Of a DNA stretch of 64,000 nt, positions 1 through 12,576 are shown piece after piece; the first letter of the stretch is position 1; each line of letters starts with the position of its first letter. The notes under the pieces were generated by a model. It was not told where the DNA came from. It did not search any database and saw only the letters and a list, made by a program, of their open reading frames with translations. The stretch comes from Stegostoma tigrinum (lineage: Eukaryota), in NCBI RefSeq assembly GCF_030684315.1, contig NC_081366.1:9863410-9927409 (forward strand). Reading direction: 5' to 3'. Made by a program: the position numbers and the translations under genes.

Positions 1-120
1 ATTTATTTCAGAACCCTCTCTGATGAAGGGTCTAGGCCCGAAGCGTCAGCTTTTGTGCTCCTAAGATGCTGCTTGGCCTGCTGTGTTCATCCAGCCTCAC
101 ACTTTGTTATCTCCGATTCT
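1..120 (+). mobile_element. Penelope-like terminal (pLTR) fragment
   Basis: Same sequence as the 3' end of the 6849-7889 element (ctgatgaagggtctaggcccg...catccagcctcacac). Confidence 0.8.
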
Positions 121-461
121 TAACCATGTTGAGGATCACCAGAACAGTGGAGCAGATTCAATAGGCTGAATGGCCTCCTTCTGTTCCTACTGTAATGCTA
201 TTATCCTTTTGTCACTTCAGGTGGATGTTAAAGTTTCCAGGCACTATCTTAAAGAGGAGCAAGGGAGTTCTGCACCGTGTGCTGGCCTGTCTTTAGCCAT
301 TCATCAACATTAGAAAAGCAGACGATCTTGTTGTTATCACATTGTTTCTTGTGGGATCTTAATCCGCGCAAAACCAAAACCTCACCCTCTGGTTAGCCTA
401 CAACACTGGCTTATTAGTAACGCTCTGACAGTTTTAACCTCAGAACCATGTAACACCCTCT

Positions 462-499
462 AGTTCTGAGGAAGGGTCACCGGACCCGAAACGTTAACT
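462..499 (+). ncRNA. Minimal type I hammerhead ribozyme motif in a Penelope terminal fragment
   Basis: AGTT-CTGAGGA-A-GGGTC(ACCG)GACCC-GAAA-CG-TT-AACT: stem I AGTT/AACT, 5-bp stem II, conserved core. Second copy at 21091-21128 has a C>T change after GAAA. Confidence 0.7.
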
Positions 500-979
500 C
501 TGTTTTTTTCCTTCACAGATGATGCCAGACCTGCTGAACTTCTCCAATTACTTCTCTTTTTGTTCCTGAATTACAACATCCTCAGTTATTTCGGTTTTTA
601 TTGAGTATGTAACACCCTTGTGAGTATCAGTTCCTGCTCCAGATGTGCGTAGTAACATTTCTGAACAGGTTGAATTGAAAGTTTCTATCAGAGTGCAAAC
701 TATAGACTGGATGTTACGGTAAATTGGTTCAGTTCTGCAATTGGTGATAATGAGCATGACCAATAGAGGACGTTAAACACAGAACTGGAGTCTGGATGTA
801 TTCAACAATGAAGCAAGTCTTGCAATTAAGATTAATTACAGAATTACTCTGTTTCAAGCACTTATACATGCCAGGCTTTAATGCAGAGAGAGGAGGAATG
901 AAATAAGATTGTATGTTGGAGTTCCATATGTAAATAAAATACCTCATCACGAATTCTTAAAAGCCACAGTAAATCCATG

Positions 980-1031
980 ATTGGCTGTTGTGTGACTCAC
1001 GAGTTGCCAGGCAGAGGTCTCTGCTTGTGAT
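980..1031 (-). promoter_or_regulatory. S-X1-X2-Y-like module 1
   Basis: + strand ATTGG-8nt-TGACTCA-3nt-GTTGCCAGG-14nt-TGTGAT; the - strand reads CCTGGCAACTCG TGAGTCA ... CCAAT. Confidence 0.7.
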
Positions 1032-1544
1032 CATGTTTTGCAGAATCCCGTGAGAGCTGATATACAAAACCCTGGGTCAGAGGTCTAAGCGTGATATCTA
1101 GGTTGATAGCACAATCAGAAGGAGCGCTACACTGCTAAAGATGCCGGCTTCTGGTTGCAAATTTTGCCGGGTGGTCCCATCTGCAGGTGGCTGTGAAAGA
1201 TCCCAATCCCGCAGTTCATGAAAGAACAGATGAATCTCCCTGTTGTCTTGTGACCACTACCATCCAGAAGGACAAGGGCAGCAGATACATGGCAACACCG
1301 CCATCCTAAAGATCCCGTTGAAGCCACTCACCATCCTGACTTGGAAATATATTGCCATTCCTTCAGTGTCACTGAGTCAAAATTCTGGAACTCGCTCACA
1401 AACAGCAATGTGGGTCTTCCTTCAGCACATGGGCTGCAGTGGTTCAAAAAGACAGCTCACCACCACCTTGCCAAGGAGTAACTACCGGTGGACAAATAAC
1501 AGCAAAGCCTTGAGTAAATGAAAATAAAACTTTTAACCAGCATT

Positions 1545-1722
1545 TCTAAAAACAGAATATATCGTCACTGATACCTACCTTGCTGTCTGTGGGAGCTCTC
1601 TGTGTGCTATTTGGTTACTATATTTCCTGTATTACAATAATTCAGTCATTCAAAAGCAACTCACTGTAAAGTGCTTTGGAGCACCTTAGGGTGGGGAAAG
1701 GTATTATATAAATGTAAGTTCC
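1545..1722 (+). mobile_element. Ancient Deu-domain SINE relic (SacSINE1/AmnSINE-like)
   Basis: tgtgggagctctctgtgtgc...gtaaagtgctttgga...gaaaggtattatataaatgtaagt; similar relics at ~215-372, 18843-19005 (-), 26520-27105 (split by an insertion) and 54700-55040. Family assigned from memory. Confidence 0.55.
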
Positions 1723-1986
1723 CTTGTACAATCGCTGAAAGGTGAAATAACCTGAAATATAGATGCATTCAGCTTGAAGATAAATAGTGCTGTTTGCTAC
1801 AGGAAGGGGTTAGATAATCAAATTGCTAAAAAAAAATTAGTACTCTATTTTAAACAATGCCTTTCTGGCTGGTTCCCATCTCACACAATCCCTTGTGTGC
1901 TTGAAGTCCTTCCAAATTCTAAATCTGCTGCCCAAACTCTAACATGAATTGAGCCCCTTTTGCACTCCCCAGTGTTTTCTAAGCTA

Positions 1987-2172
1987 ATAAAATGTGAGGC
2001 CGGATGAACACTGCAGGCCAAGCAGCATCCCAGGAGCACAAAAGCTGACGTTTCGGGCCTAGACCCTTCATCTGATGAAGGTGCTCCTGGGATGCTGCTT
2101 GGCCTGCTGTGTTCATCCGGCCTCACATTTTATTGTCTTGGATTCTCCAGCATCTGCAGTTCCTATTATCTC
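1987..2172. mobile_element. Fold-back mini-Penelope with 12-bp TSD
   Basis: Inverted arms of the Penelope terminus; TTTTCTAAGCTA at 1975-1986 and 2173-2184. Confidence 0.85.
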
Positions 2173-2570
2173 TTTTCTAAGCTATACTGGTTTCCTGTCC
2201 AGCGATGCTGCAATTTTGATTTGCTCATCTTTGTTTTCTAGTCCCTCCATGACCTTGCCCCTCCCAATTTTTCTAACCTCCCCAGCCCCAGTCTCTCCAA
2301 CAGAGCTAACTTGTAAGCCCTGATTTGAATCATTCCACCAGCAGCTGGCCAAACCATTAGCAGCATGTGCCATAAGCTCTAAGATGTACCTCCTGTGGGT
2401 CGTCCCCCTCTCTATGTCCCTCTCCATTCCTTTAAGACACTCCTTAAAACCAAACACACTTTCTGACCAAGCTTTTGATCACCCGTTCTAATGTCTCATT
2501 TCCAACTGTGTCAAAGTTTGCTCTTGTGGTCCAATTTGAGATGTGTTAAAACATAAAAGATGTTCAGATT

Positions 2571-5500
2571 AAAGGGGTTCAGAATTTTAGGACATTGGGA
2601 CTGGTTCTGGGGGAGGTGGGACTATTGGAGATCAGACTGGCTACACCTGGGCAGGACTAGAACCAATGACCTAGGGGCTGCTTTTGCTACTGCTGTTGGG
2701 GAGGGTTTAAGCTAATGTAGGAGGGGTTGGGAACCAAATGAGGAGGTTAGTGGGCAGTAAGGAGGTAGTAACTAAAGCCTTTAAGGAACTAGATAATAGA
2801 ACATAGAACATAGAACATAGAACATAGAACAGTACAGCACAGAACAGGCCCTTCAGCCCACGATGTTGTGCCGACCATTGATCCTCATGTATGCACCCTC
2901 AAATTTCTGTGACCATATGCATGTCTAGTAGTCTCTTAAATGACCCCAATGACCTTGCATCCACTACTGCTGCTGGCAACGCATTCCATGCTCTCATAAC
3001 TCTGTGTAAAGAACCCGCCTCTGACATCCGCTCTATACTTTCCTCCAACCAGCTTAAAACTATGACCCCTTGTGTTAGCCATTTCTGCCCTGGGAAATAG
3101 TCTCTGGCTATCAACTCTATCTATGCCTCTCATTATCTTGTGTACCTCAATTAGGTTCCCACTCCTCCTCCTTTTCTCCAATGAAAAAAGTCCGAGCTCA
3201 GTCAACCTCTCTTCACAAGAAAAGCCCTCCAGTCCAGGCAGCATCGTGGTAAACCTCCTCTGAACCCTCTCCAAAGCATCCACATCTTTCCGATAATAGG
3301 GTGACCAGAACTGGACGCAGTATTCGAAGTGCGGTCTAACCAAAGTTTTATGGAGCTGCAACAAGATCTCACGACTCTTAAACTCAATCCCTCTGTTAAT
3401 GAAAGCCAAAACACCATATGCTTTCTTAACAACTCTGGTCCTCTTGGGTGGCCATTTTAAGGGATCTATGTATCTGCACACCAAGATCCCTCTGTTCCTC
3501 CACACTGCCAAGAATCCTATCCTTAATCCTGTACTCAGCTTTCAAATTCGTCCTTCCAAAATGCATCACCTCGCATTTATCCAGGTTGAACTCCATCTGC
3601 CACCTCTCAGCCCGTCTCTGCATCCTGTCAATGTCCCACTGCAGCCTACAACAGCTCTCTATACTGTCAACGACACCTCCAACCTTTGTGTCGTCTGCAA
3701 ACTTGCTGACCCATCCTTCAATCCCCTCATCCAAGTCATTAATAAAAATTACAAACAGTAGAGGCCCAAGGACAGAGCCCTGTGGAACACCACTCACCAC
3801 TGACTTCCAGGCAGAATATTTTGCTTCTACTACCACTCGCTGTCTTCAGATGACTAAGGGGAAGAGGAGGCAGAGAGCAGATGATGAATACAAAGGGACA
3901 GGTGGTCTGAGGTGCATTTGTTTTAATGCAAGAAGTGTAGGAGGGAAGGCAGATGAACTTGGGGCTTGGATTAGTACCTGGGAGTATGATGTTATTGCTA
4001 TTATTGAGAATTGGTTGAGGGAAGGGCAGGATTGGCAACTAAATCCCAGGATATAGATGCTTCAGGCCGGATAGACAGGGAGGTAAAAGGGGTGGAGGAG
4101 TTGCATTACTGGTCAAAGAGGATATCACTGATGTGACATCACAGGATGTGCTGAAGGAGGGCACTTTGGAGGACTCAAGCAGTGAGTCAATTTGGACAGA
4201 GTTCAGAAATAGGAAGGGTATGGTAACAATGTTGGGGCTGTACTACAGGCCTTCCAACAGCGAGGTGTGAGATAGAGGCACAAATATGTAGACAGATTAT
4301 GGAAAGATGTAGGAGCAACAGGGTGGTGGTGATGGGAGATTTTAATTTTCCCAACATTGACTGGGATTCACTCAGTGTGAGGGGTTTAGATGGAGCAGAA
4401 TTTGTAAGGAGCATCCAGGAGGGTTTTCTAGAGCAGTATGTAAATAGCCCAACTTGGGAAGGGGCCATACCGGACCTGGTATTGGGGGATGAGCCCGGCC
4501 AGGTGGTTGAAGTTTCAGTTGGGGATTACTTTGGGAATACCAATCACAATTCCATAAGTTTTAGAATACTGATGGACAAAGACAAGAGTGGTCGTAAAGG
4601 AAGAGTGCTGAATTGGGGGAAGGCCAACTTTAGCAAAATTCGGCAGGAGCTCTGAAATGTGGATTGGGAACAGCTATTTGAGGGTAAATCCACATTTGAT
4701 ATGTGGGACGCTTTTAAAGAGAGGTTGATGAGTGTGTAGGACTGACATGTCCCTGTGAAAATGAGGGATAGAATGGGCATGTTTAGGCAACCATGGATGA
4801 CCGGTGAAATTGTGAGACTAACAAAGAGGATAAAGGAAGCATACATAAGGTCTAGGCGACTGAAAACAGACAAAGCTGTGGAAGAATATTGGAAAAATAG
4901 GACCAATCTGAAACAATGAATTAAGAGGGCTAAAAGGGGTCATGAAATATCTTTAGCAACGAGGATTAAGAAAAATCCCAAAGCCTTTTATTCATACATA
5001 AGGAACAAGAGGGTAACTAGAGAAAGGGTCCTCTTTCTCTAGTTGGCCCACTCAAGGACAAAGGAGGGAAGTTATGTGAGGAGTCAGGGTAAGTAAGTGA
5101 CATTCTTAATGAGCACCTTGCATCGGTATTCACCGAGGAGAGGGACATGATGGATATTGAGGTTAGGGATAGATATTTGATTGCTCTAGGCCAAGTCAGC
5201 ATAAGGAGGGAGGAAGTGTTGGGTAGTCTAAAAGGCATTAGGATGAAGAAGTCCCCAGGTCTGGATGGGATCTATCCCAGGTTACTGAGGGAAGCGAGAG
5301 AGGAAATAGCTGGGGCCTTAACAGATATCTTTGCAGCATCCTTGAGCACAGGTGAGGCCCTGGAGGAGTGGAGAATTGTTAATGTTGTCCCCTTGTTTAA
5401 GAAGTGTAGCAAGGATACTCGATGTAACTATAGACCGGTGAGTCTGACATCAGTGGTGGGGAAGCTGCTGGAGTAGATACTGAGGGAGGATCTATTCACA

Positions 5501-6765
5501 TTTGGAAGAAATAGGTCGCATGGTTTTGTGCAGGAAAGGTCATGTCTTACCAACTTAATAGAATTCTTTGAGGAAGTGACAAAGTTGATAGATGAGGGAG
5601 GGGCTGTAGATGTCATATGCATGGACTTCAGTAAGGAGTTTGATAAGGATTCCAATGGTAGGCTGATGGACAAAGTGAAGTTGCACAGGGTCCAGGGTGC
5701 CATAGCTAGATGGATGGAGAACTGGCTGGGCAAGAGGAGACAGAGAGTTGTCATGGAAGGCAGTTCCTCAAAATGGAGAACTATGACCAGTGGTGTTCCA
5801 CAGGGATCTGTGTTGAGACCACTGGTGTTTGTGATGTACGTAAATGATCTGGAGGAAGGTATAGATGATCTGATTAGCAAGTTTGCAGATGACACTATGA
5901 TTAGTGGAGTAGCAGATGGTGAAAGGGACTGTTAGAGAACGCAGCAGAATATGGATAGATTGGAGAGTTGGGCAGAGAAATGGCAGATGGAGTTCAATCC
6001 AGGCAAATGTGAAGTGATGCATTTTGGAAGATCCAATTCAAGAGCTAGCTATATGGAAAAGCCCTGGTGAAAATTGATGCACAGAGAGATCTGGATGTTC
6101 AGGTCCATTGTACCCTGAAGATGGCAAGGCAGGTCGATAGAGTGGTCAAGAAGGCATATGATATGCTTTCATTCATTGGACGGGGTATTGAGTACAAAAG
6201 TTAGCAGGTCATGTTACAGTTGTATAGGGCTTTGGTTCGACCACATTTGGAATACTGAGTACAGTTCTGGTCGCCACATTACCAAAAGGATGTGGATGCT
6301 TTGGAGAGGGTGCTGAGGAGGTTCACCAGGATGTTGCCTAGTGTGGGGCATGCTAGCTATGAAGAGAGGTTGAGTAGATTAGGATTATTTACATTAGAAA
6401 GATGGAGGTTGAGGGGCGACCTGATTGAGGTCAACAAAATCATGAGGGTTGTAGACAGGATGGATAGCAAGAAGCTTTTTCCCAGAGTGGGGGATTCAGT
6501 TATGAGGGGTCATGATTTCAAGGTGAGAGGGGAAAAGTTTAAGGGTGGTGGGTACCTGGAATGTGTTGCCAGAGGAGGTGGTAGAGGTGGGCACGATAGC
6601 ATCATTTAAGATGTACCTAGACAGATACATGAGTGGGCAGGGAGCAGAGGGATAGAGGTCCCTGGAAAATAGGTGATAGGTTTAGATAGCGGATCTGGAT
6701 TGGCGCAGGCTTGGAGGGCCAAAGAGCCTGTTCCTGTGCTGTAATTTTCTTTGTTCTTTGTTCTT
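2571..6765 (+). mobile_element. Degraded CR1 LINE (end of ORF1, APE endonuclease and RT of ORF2), interrupted by an inverted CR1
   Basis: Frameshifted ORFs with FNARS, MGDFNFP, KSPGLDG, NYRPVSLTS, GVPQGSVL, KFADDT and ERVLRRFTRMLP; (ttcttg/ttctttg)n tail near 6746-6765. Confidence 0.92.
2797..3847 (-). mobile_element. 5'-truncated CR1 LINE nested in the opposite orientation
   Basis: ORFs 3426..3836 (GVPQGSVLGP, KFADDTK) and 2936..3511; (TAGAACA)n tail at 2797-2830. Confidence 0.93.
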
Positions 6766-6848
6766 TATTTTGTACAGTTTTAGGATGTTGCTGTTTGTCT
6801 TTGTTTGCAGTGCTGCCAACTACAGGCAGGTGGCACCAACATAAAATC

Positions 6849-7889
6849 CATCCCACCAACCTCCGGATACAACACATCATCCTCCGACACTTCCGCCATT
6901 TACAATCCGACCCCACCACCCAAGACATTTTTCCATCCCCACCCCTGTCTGCTTTCCGGAGAGACCACTCTCTCCATGACTCCCTTGTTCGCTCCACACT
7001 GCCCTCCAACCCCACTACACCCGGCACCTTCCCCTGCAACTGCAGGAAATGCTACACTTGCCCCCACACCTCCTCCCTCACCCCTATCCCAGGCCCCAAG
7101 ATGACATTCCACATTAAGCAGAGGTTCACCTGCACATCTGCCAATGTGGTATACTGCATCCACTGTACCCGGTGTGGCTTCCTCTACATTGGGGAAACCA
7201 AGCGGAGGCTTGGAGACCGCTTTGCAGAACACCTCCGCTCGGTTCGCAATAAACAACTGCACCTCCCAGTCGCAAACCATTTCCACTCCCCCTCCCATTC
7301 TTTAGATGACATGTCCATCATGGGCCTCCTGCACTGCCACAATGATGCCACCCGAAGGTTGCAGGAACAGCAACTCATATTCCGCCTGGGAACCCTGCAG
7401 CCTAATGGTATCAATGTGGACTTCACCAGTTTCAAAATCTCCCCTTCCCCTACTGCATCCCTAAACCAGCCCAGTTCATCCCCTCCCCCCACTGCACCAC
7501 ACAACCAGCCCAGCTCTTCCCCCCCCACCCACTGCATCCCAAAACCAGTCCAACCTGTCTCTGCCTCCCTAACCGGTTCTTCCTCTCACCCATCCCTTCC
7601 TCCCACCCCAAGCCGCACCCCCATCTACCTACTAACCTCATCCCACCTCCTTGACCTGTCCGTCTTCCCTGGACTGACCTATCCCCTCCCTACCTCCCCA
7701 CTTATACTCTCTCCACCTATCTTCTTTTCTCTCCATCTTCGGTCCGCCTCCCCCTCTCTCCCTATTTATTCCAGTTCCCTCTCCCCATCCCCCTCTCTGA
7801 TGAAGGGTCTAGGCCCGAAACGTCAGCTTTTGTGCTCCTGAGATGCTGCTTGGCCTGCTGTGTTCATCCAGCCTCACATTTTATTATCT
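6849..7889 (+). mobile_element. Young 5'-truncated Penelope-like element (GIY-YIG endonuclease)
   Basis: NVVYCIHCTRCGFLYIGETKRRLGDRFAEH...GIN; flanked by TAAAATCC at 6842-6849 and 7890-7897. Confidence 0.92.
7795..7826 (+). ncRNA. Minimal hammerhead motif in the young Penelope family terminus
   Basis: CTGATGA-A-GGGT(CTAG)GCCC-GAAA-CG-TC-AG; stem I is only 2 bp; the same motif occurs on the - strand near 29281-29312 and 57498-57529. Confidence 0.55.
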
Positions 7890-7929
7890 TAAAATCCCAG
7901 AAAGCCAACTTTCCAACTGGTCGATACTG

Positions 7930-7981
7930 ATTGGCTGTTGAGTGACTCAGTAGTTGCCAGGGAGAAGTCTCTACTTGAGAT
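7930..7981 (-). promoter_or_regulatory. S-X1-X2-Y-like module 2
   Basis: ATTGG-8-TGACTCA-3-GTTGCCAGG-14-TGAGAT; spacing identical to module 1. Confidence 0.7.
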
Positions 7982-10029
7982 TGTGTTTTGAAGTGTCAAG
8001 TGACAGAAGTTAAGCCAACATTCAACATGTAATCAGAGTATGTCCTGCTCTTTGTCATCACTCTCAACTCTTATTTGTCACATATTGTTTATCCAACATC
8101 CAGTATCAGATGAGCAGTAATTCCTTAAAATTAAACATTAGGAAGACTGAAGCCGTTATTCTCATTCTCCATAATAAATTTTGCTCCATTGCCTGACAAC
8201 TGTCTAATAATCTAAACTACTGCAATTGCGTGCCATACTTCCTCCCAAGGTGAGATGATCCACATTACTGTCACTACTAGGGCCACAATTCCTACTTCCC
8301 TCCATATGCCAACCCTCCAATACCCAGCTTTAGCACTATAGAAACTTTTAATTCTTGCCTTTTTTAGCTCTACCTTCCAAAATATTTCCTGGTTGGAATC
8401 TCACATAGACCTCAACAGAATAGATCACCATGCAATACTCGCCACCCTGGGAGAGGACACTGAGGATAGTCAGTGCAGCTGTGCCAGCATTTATTGTCTA
8501 TCTCTAATTGCCCTTGAGAAGGTGAGCTGCCTTCATGAACCGCTGCAGCCCATCTGAAGGGTTTGGCACAGAAGGCATTTAAGAGTCCAACAACGTCACT
8601 ATGGGCCTGACACATTTTTCATGGCTGTTAAGTATCACCTGAGAGAGGGGAATTGGCTTTGAAGAGCGATAGCTGGTAAAAACCTGCTCCTCCCCAGTCA
8701 CAGGTGGCATAGTAGGCAAATGTCACTGGGCTAATGATCCATACGCCCAGGCTACAGCTGATGCAAATCCTGGCACAGCAACTGGTGGAATTTGGAATTC
8801 ACAACAAAATCTGGAAGCCAGTGTCAATAATGTTGACCATAACAGCCACCATGGACTGTGAGTAAAACCCCCCTGGTTCATTAATGTCCTTTAGACAACA
8901 AAATCTAGCACCCTACCCTGTCTGGCCTACATGTGACTCTAGACTCAGAGCAATGTGGTTGGCTCTTAACAGCCCTGTGAAAGGGCCAAGAAATTATTCG
9001 GTTCAAGGACCAAGTAGGGATGGGTGACAAATACTGACCATGCCAGCAATGCCTACAGATCTCAAGGCAGGAACATCTCATCTGTTTCACTACCTGTGGA
9101 ATTGCACCCCAACGTGGAATCAGCACCTTTTGAGTACCTAAAGAGGAACTGATGTTCCTTCCCTAGTTTCACATCCACAGGATGTCCCAAAGTGGTTTGC
9201 CATGTTTGGCTTCCCAAAGTGTGAAGTTTGTAAATAACACGAACTTGATGTCATCCAAACTCTGCTACCCAACTCACTTTGAATTCCATTCCACCGCCAC
9301 CCTACCCTGCCCTTACCAACCTGCTTTGGCGGTCAACCAAACCATAAATTGGTTTCAAAATTCTCATTCTCGTTTCCAAATTCCTTCACGGCTTCACCTT
9401 TGCTTTTTCATCTGGAATACCTCCTAGCCCCACCTCCTTCCAAGGAATCTACTTCTGGCTTCTACAACATCTCTGACTTTCCTCATTCACCCATTGGTCA
9501 TCTTGACATCTACTGCCTCTCAATCTTGCTCTCCTCCATAACACTGACCTTGACCGTGCTTTGCAATCTAACCTAGCATTCCCTCGCTTTGCTCAGTGGC
9601 CATATAGAGGTTGATAATGCTCCTGCAAATTGCCCTTGCGTGATTTACTAACAGCTCTGTGAATGCAATTTGTTGGAGTAATTGTGACCACGTTTTCTTC
9701 ACAAAAGTGCAGGACCAGCGTTTTGAGAGTAAATGTAAGTAAACCATTTGTGGCAAGCCACTTTGGGACATCCTGCGGATGTGAAAGTTGGGAAGGAACT
9801 GTTGTTCCTCTTTCAGTATCTGAAGATCCTGGTTGTATGTTGGGATGCAAATCCAATCTCTACACCAAATGTTGTGGCAATGCTTCAGATCTGTGACCCA
9901 AGGTCAGTGAATATTTACCTACTATTAGGATATAGGAGCTCCTTTGGTCCCATACTAATCAAGAACCTATCTCTGGTTTAACTCTGACTTGGGCAATGCA
10001 GCCTTCTGTGGCAATGACTCACACAGATT

Positions 10030-10335
10030 AAGTGGCATGGTATCTCACAGTGCCAGTGATCTGTGTTCTATTCTACCCTCAGGTGACTATCTGTGTGGAG
10101 TTGGCACGTTCTCCCTGTGTCTAAGGGAGTTTCGGCTAGGTGCCCTAGGTTCTTCCCACAGTCCAAAAATATGCAGATTAGGTGGATTGGCCATGCTAAA
10201 TTGGCCATAGGATCTAGGGGTATGTAGATTAGGTGGATTAGCCATGGGGATAGAGTGGGTCTGGGTGGGATGTTCTTCAGTAGGTTGGTGTGGTCTTGTT
10301 GGGCTGAATGGCCTGTTTCCATACTGAAGGGATTT
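10030..10335 (+). mobile_element. HE1-like tRNA-derived SINE
   Basis: gactatctgtgtggagttggcacgttctccctgtgtc...cccacagtccaaa...ggattggccatgctaaatt core; related copies elsewhere in the window. Confidence 0.75.
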
Positions 10336-10834
10336 TATTCCATGGAAATTCACCATCCTCTGGCTGAAGAAATTCCTCTTCATCATGAGGCTGTGCCCTC
10401 AGGTCCTAGCCTCTCCTTCTAGTGGAAATGTCCACATACACTCTATCCAGGCCTCTCAGTATTCTGTTTCAGCACGTTTCAATCAGACCCCTCCCTTCAT
10501 CCTCCTTAATTCCATCAAGCACAGACCCAGAGTCCTCAATTGCTCCTCATAAGACAAGCCCTTCATCCCTTGGATCATTGTTATGAACATTGAGCAAGTC
10601 ACAAAATAAAGCTGCATTAAGTTCAATTGAATTATTTATTGTCACATTTTACAGTGAGTAAAACAGTAAAATACACAGTGAAAAGCTTCAACAGTCATCA
10701 CAATCCAGTGCCATTTTGAATAGCTTAAGAACAAAAAGAGTTAAAAAATGTAGCTGAAAGAGAGCCTGTCTTCCTTCTATTGTCGCTACCAGGGGTCCTG
10801 AGGCTGTTCACCAGCAACACCTACACTGCCAACC

Positions 10835-11128
10835 CTTCCAATCCCTACGGTGTGGAAACAAGCCCTTCGGCCCAACAAGGCCACACTGACCCACACAGCA
10901 TGCCTCCCAGACCCATTCCCCTATAACCCACCTAATTTACACATCCCTGAATGCTATGTGCGATTTAGCATGGCCAATCCACCTAGCCAGCACACCTTTG
11001 TACCGTGGGAGGAGACCCACGCAGACACAGGGAGAATGTGCAAACTCCACACAGTTGCCCGAGGGTGGAATTGAACCTGGGTCCCTGTTGTAGTGAGGCA
11101 GCAGTGCTAACCACTGAGACACCATGCC
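10835..11128 (-). mobile_element. HE1-like SINE
   Basis: Reverse complement begins ggcatggtgtctcagtggttagcactgctgcctcac with A- and B-box-like segments. Confidence 0.8.
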
Positions 11129-11159
11129 ACACATAAACCTGATCAGCGTGCACTCGTTT

Positions 11160-11232
11160 TGCCAAAAGCTGGGTTTGAACCAGGGACCTTTAGTTCTTCA
11201 GTCTAATGCTCTCCCAACTGATCTACTTTGGC
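11160..11232 (-). pseudogene. tRNA-Phe(GAA) pseudogene
   Basis: Reverse complement GCCAAAGTAGATCAGTTGGGAGAGCATTAGACTGAAGAACTAAAGGTCCCTGGTTCAAACCCAGCTTTTGGCA, 73 nt, ~10 differences from vertebrate tRNA-Phe; one mismatch in each of the D, anticodon and T stems. Confidence 0.85.
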
Positions 11233-11994
11233 TGCCAAATGCCAACACCAGATCCTCCAGTGTAAGAGTTACGGCTCCTCAGGTGCCATCTCTTTGCCAC
11301 TGGGCGCACCTCGCTGACACCGTCGTGCTATCACCATATTGAACCCGTGCACGCCCTGCAACCAGGTGTCCCTGGCCCCGCTGCCAGACCAGGCCGCCAC
11401 CGTGCCAAGAGTCCCGCTCTGCCTGCCCTCCTCTGAGATACTGCCTCACTGGCGCCGCCATCTTGAAACGCCCCACTACCCCCTGGCCCAGAGCACTAGG
11501 AGGATGGCCTTGCAGCCGCCATCTCTAATTACTGGGAGGAGCTATGTCATCTGCCGATGCCTCCAACTGCCAGGAGAATGCCACCGGTCCGCGGGCACAC
11601 CGATGCTGCCAACTAACCCACCAAAAGAAAATAAAGAAAGAAAAAGAGCATAATTTAGAAAAAACACAGAGTCCCAAGAGAGGCTCTCGCTGGGGTCCCA
11701 CCATCTACAGTTGGCAGATCATGGTTACTCCTGGGAGTGCAAGGGCCTAGTTTTATATTCCACATTTATTAATTGAATTTAAACTCTGCCGGCTACTCTG
11801 TTGGGATTTCTTTTGTCGTTCGTGGGATCTTAGGCATCGTTGGTGAGGCCAGCGTTTATTATCCATCCCTGATTGGCCTGGAGAAGGTGGTGATGAGCTG
11901 CCCTCCATGTGGCGTAGGGACACTGACCCTGATGAACCCATGCCTCCAGAGCATTGCCTGTGCCTCTGGGTTGCTGGTCCAGCGACCAGAATAC

Positions 11995-12405
11995 AACCAT
12001 AAGGAGCTGAGGTAGACCATTCAGTCCATCGAGTCTGCTCTGCCTTTCAATGAGATCATAGCTAATCTGATAATCTTCAACTCCACTTTCCTGCCTATTC
12101 CCCATGCCCCTTCATTCCATCCTTGGGTAAAAAAAAATTGTCTCTCTAAACCTTGTGTATCATGAATGACCCAGCCTGGACAGCCCTCTGCAGTAAACAA
12201 TTCCACAGATTCATTACCTCCTGATAAAAGAAATTCCTTCTCATTTCTGTCTTAAAAGGACAGCCCCTTATTCTGAAGTAATGCCTTCTGGTCTTAGAAT
12301 CTCCCACAAGGGGAAACAACCTTTCCACATTGACCTTGTCAAGAACCTCCCCCACCCCCGCTAAGATTCCTATAAGTTTCAATAAGAATTTCCTACTCCC
12401 ATAAA
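11995..12405 (-). mobile_element. CR1 3' fragment
   Basis: ORF 12146..12409 (LFPLVGDSKTRRH...RRNFFYQEVMNLWN) plus 3' UTR. Confidence 0.8.
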
Positions 12406-12576
12406 TCACTACCTTTAATTGGAACCAGTTTTATTGAACAGGTGACAGAATGTTCCAGACAAATGCAGAGCAAAATATTGATGCAGACAAGGAACACAGT
12501 CCTGACCTCTTCCTGCACACTGCCAGCTTCACATCCGCAATGAGTTACACCCGGCCAAGACTCATGGAGAATATTT

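Noticed and set aside
2797-2830. (TAGAACA)n short repeat array as a CRISPR-like or satellite feature
   Set aside because: It has no spacers and is the 3' microsatellite tail of a minus-strand CR1.
6711-7841. 376-aa ORF with a hydrophobic, Cys-rich N-terminus that looks like a secreted or membrane host protein
   Set aside because: Chance fusion of a CR1 3' tail, flanking DNA and a truncated Penelope GIY-YIG region; it starts at TTG, not ATG.
11160-11232. Functional tRNA-Phe gene
   Set aside because: Mismatches in the D, anticodon and T stems and no Pol III terminator; called a pseudogene.
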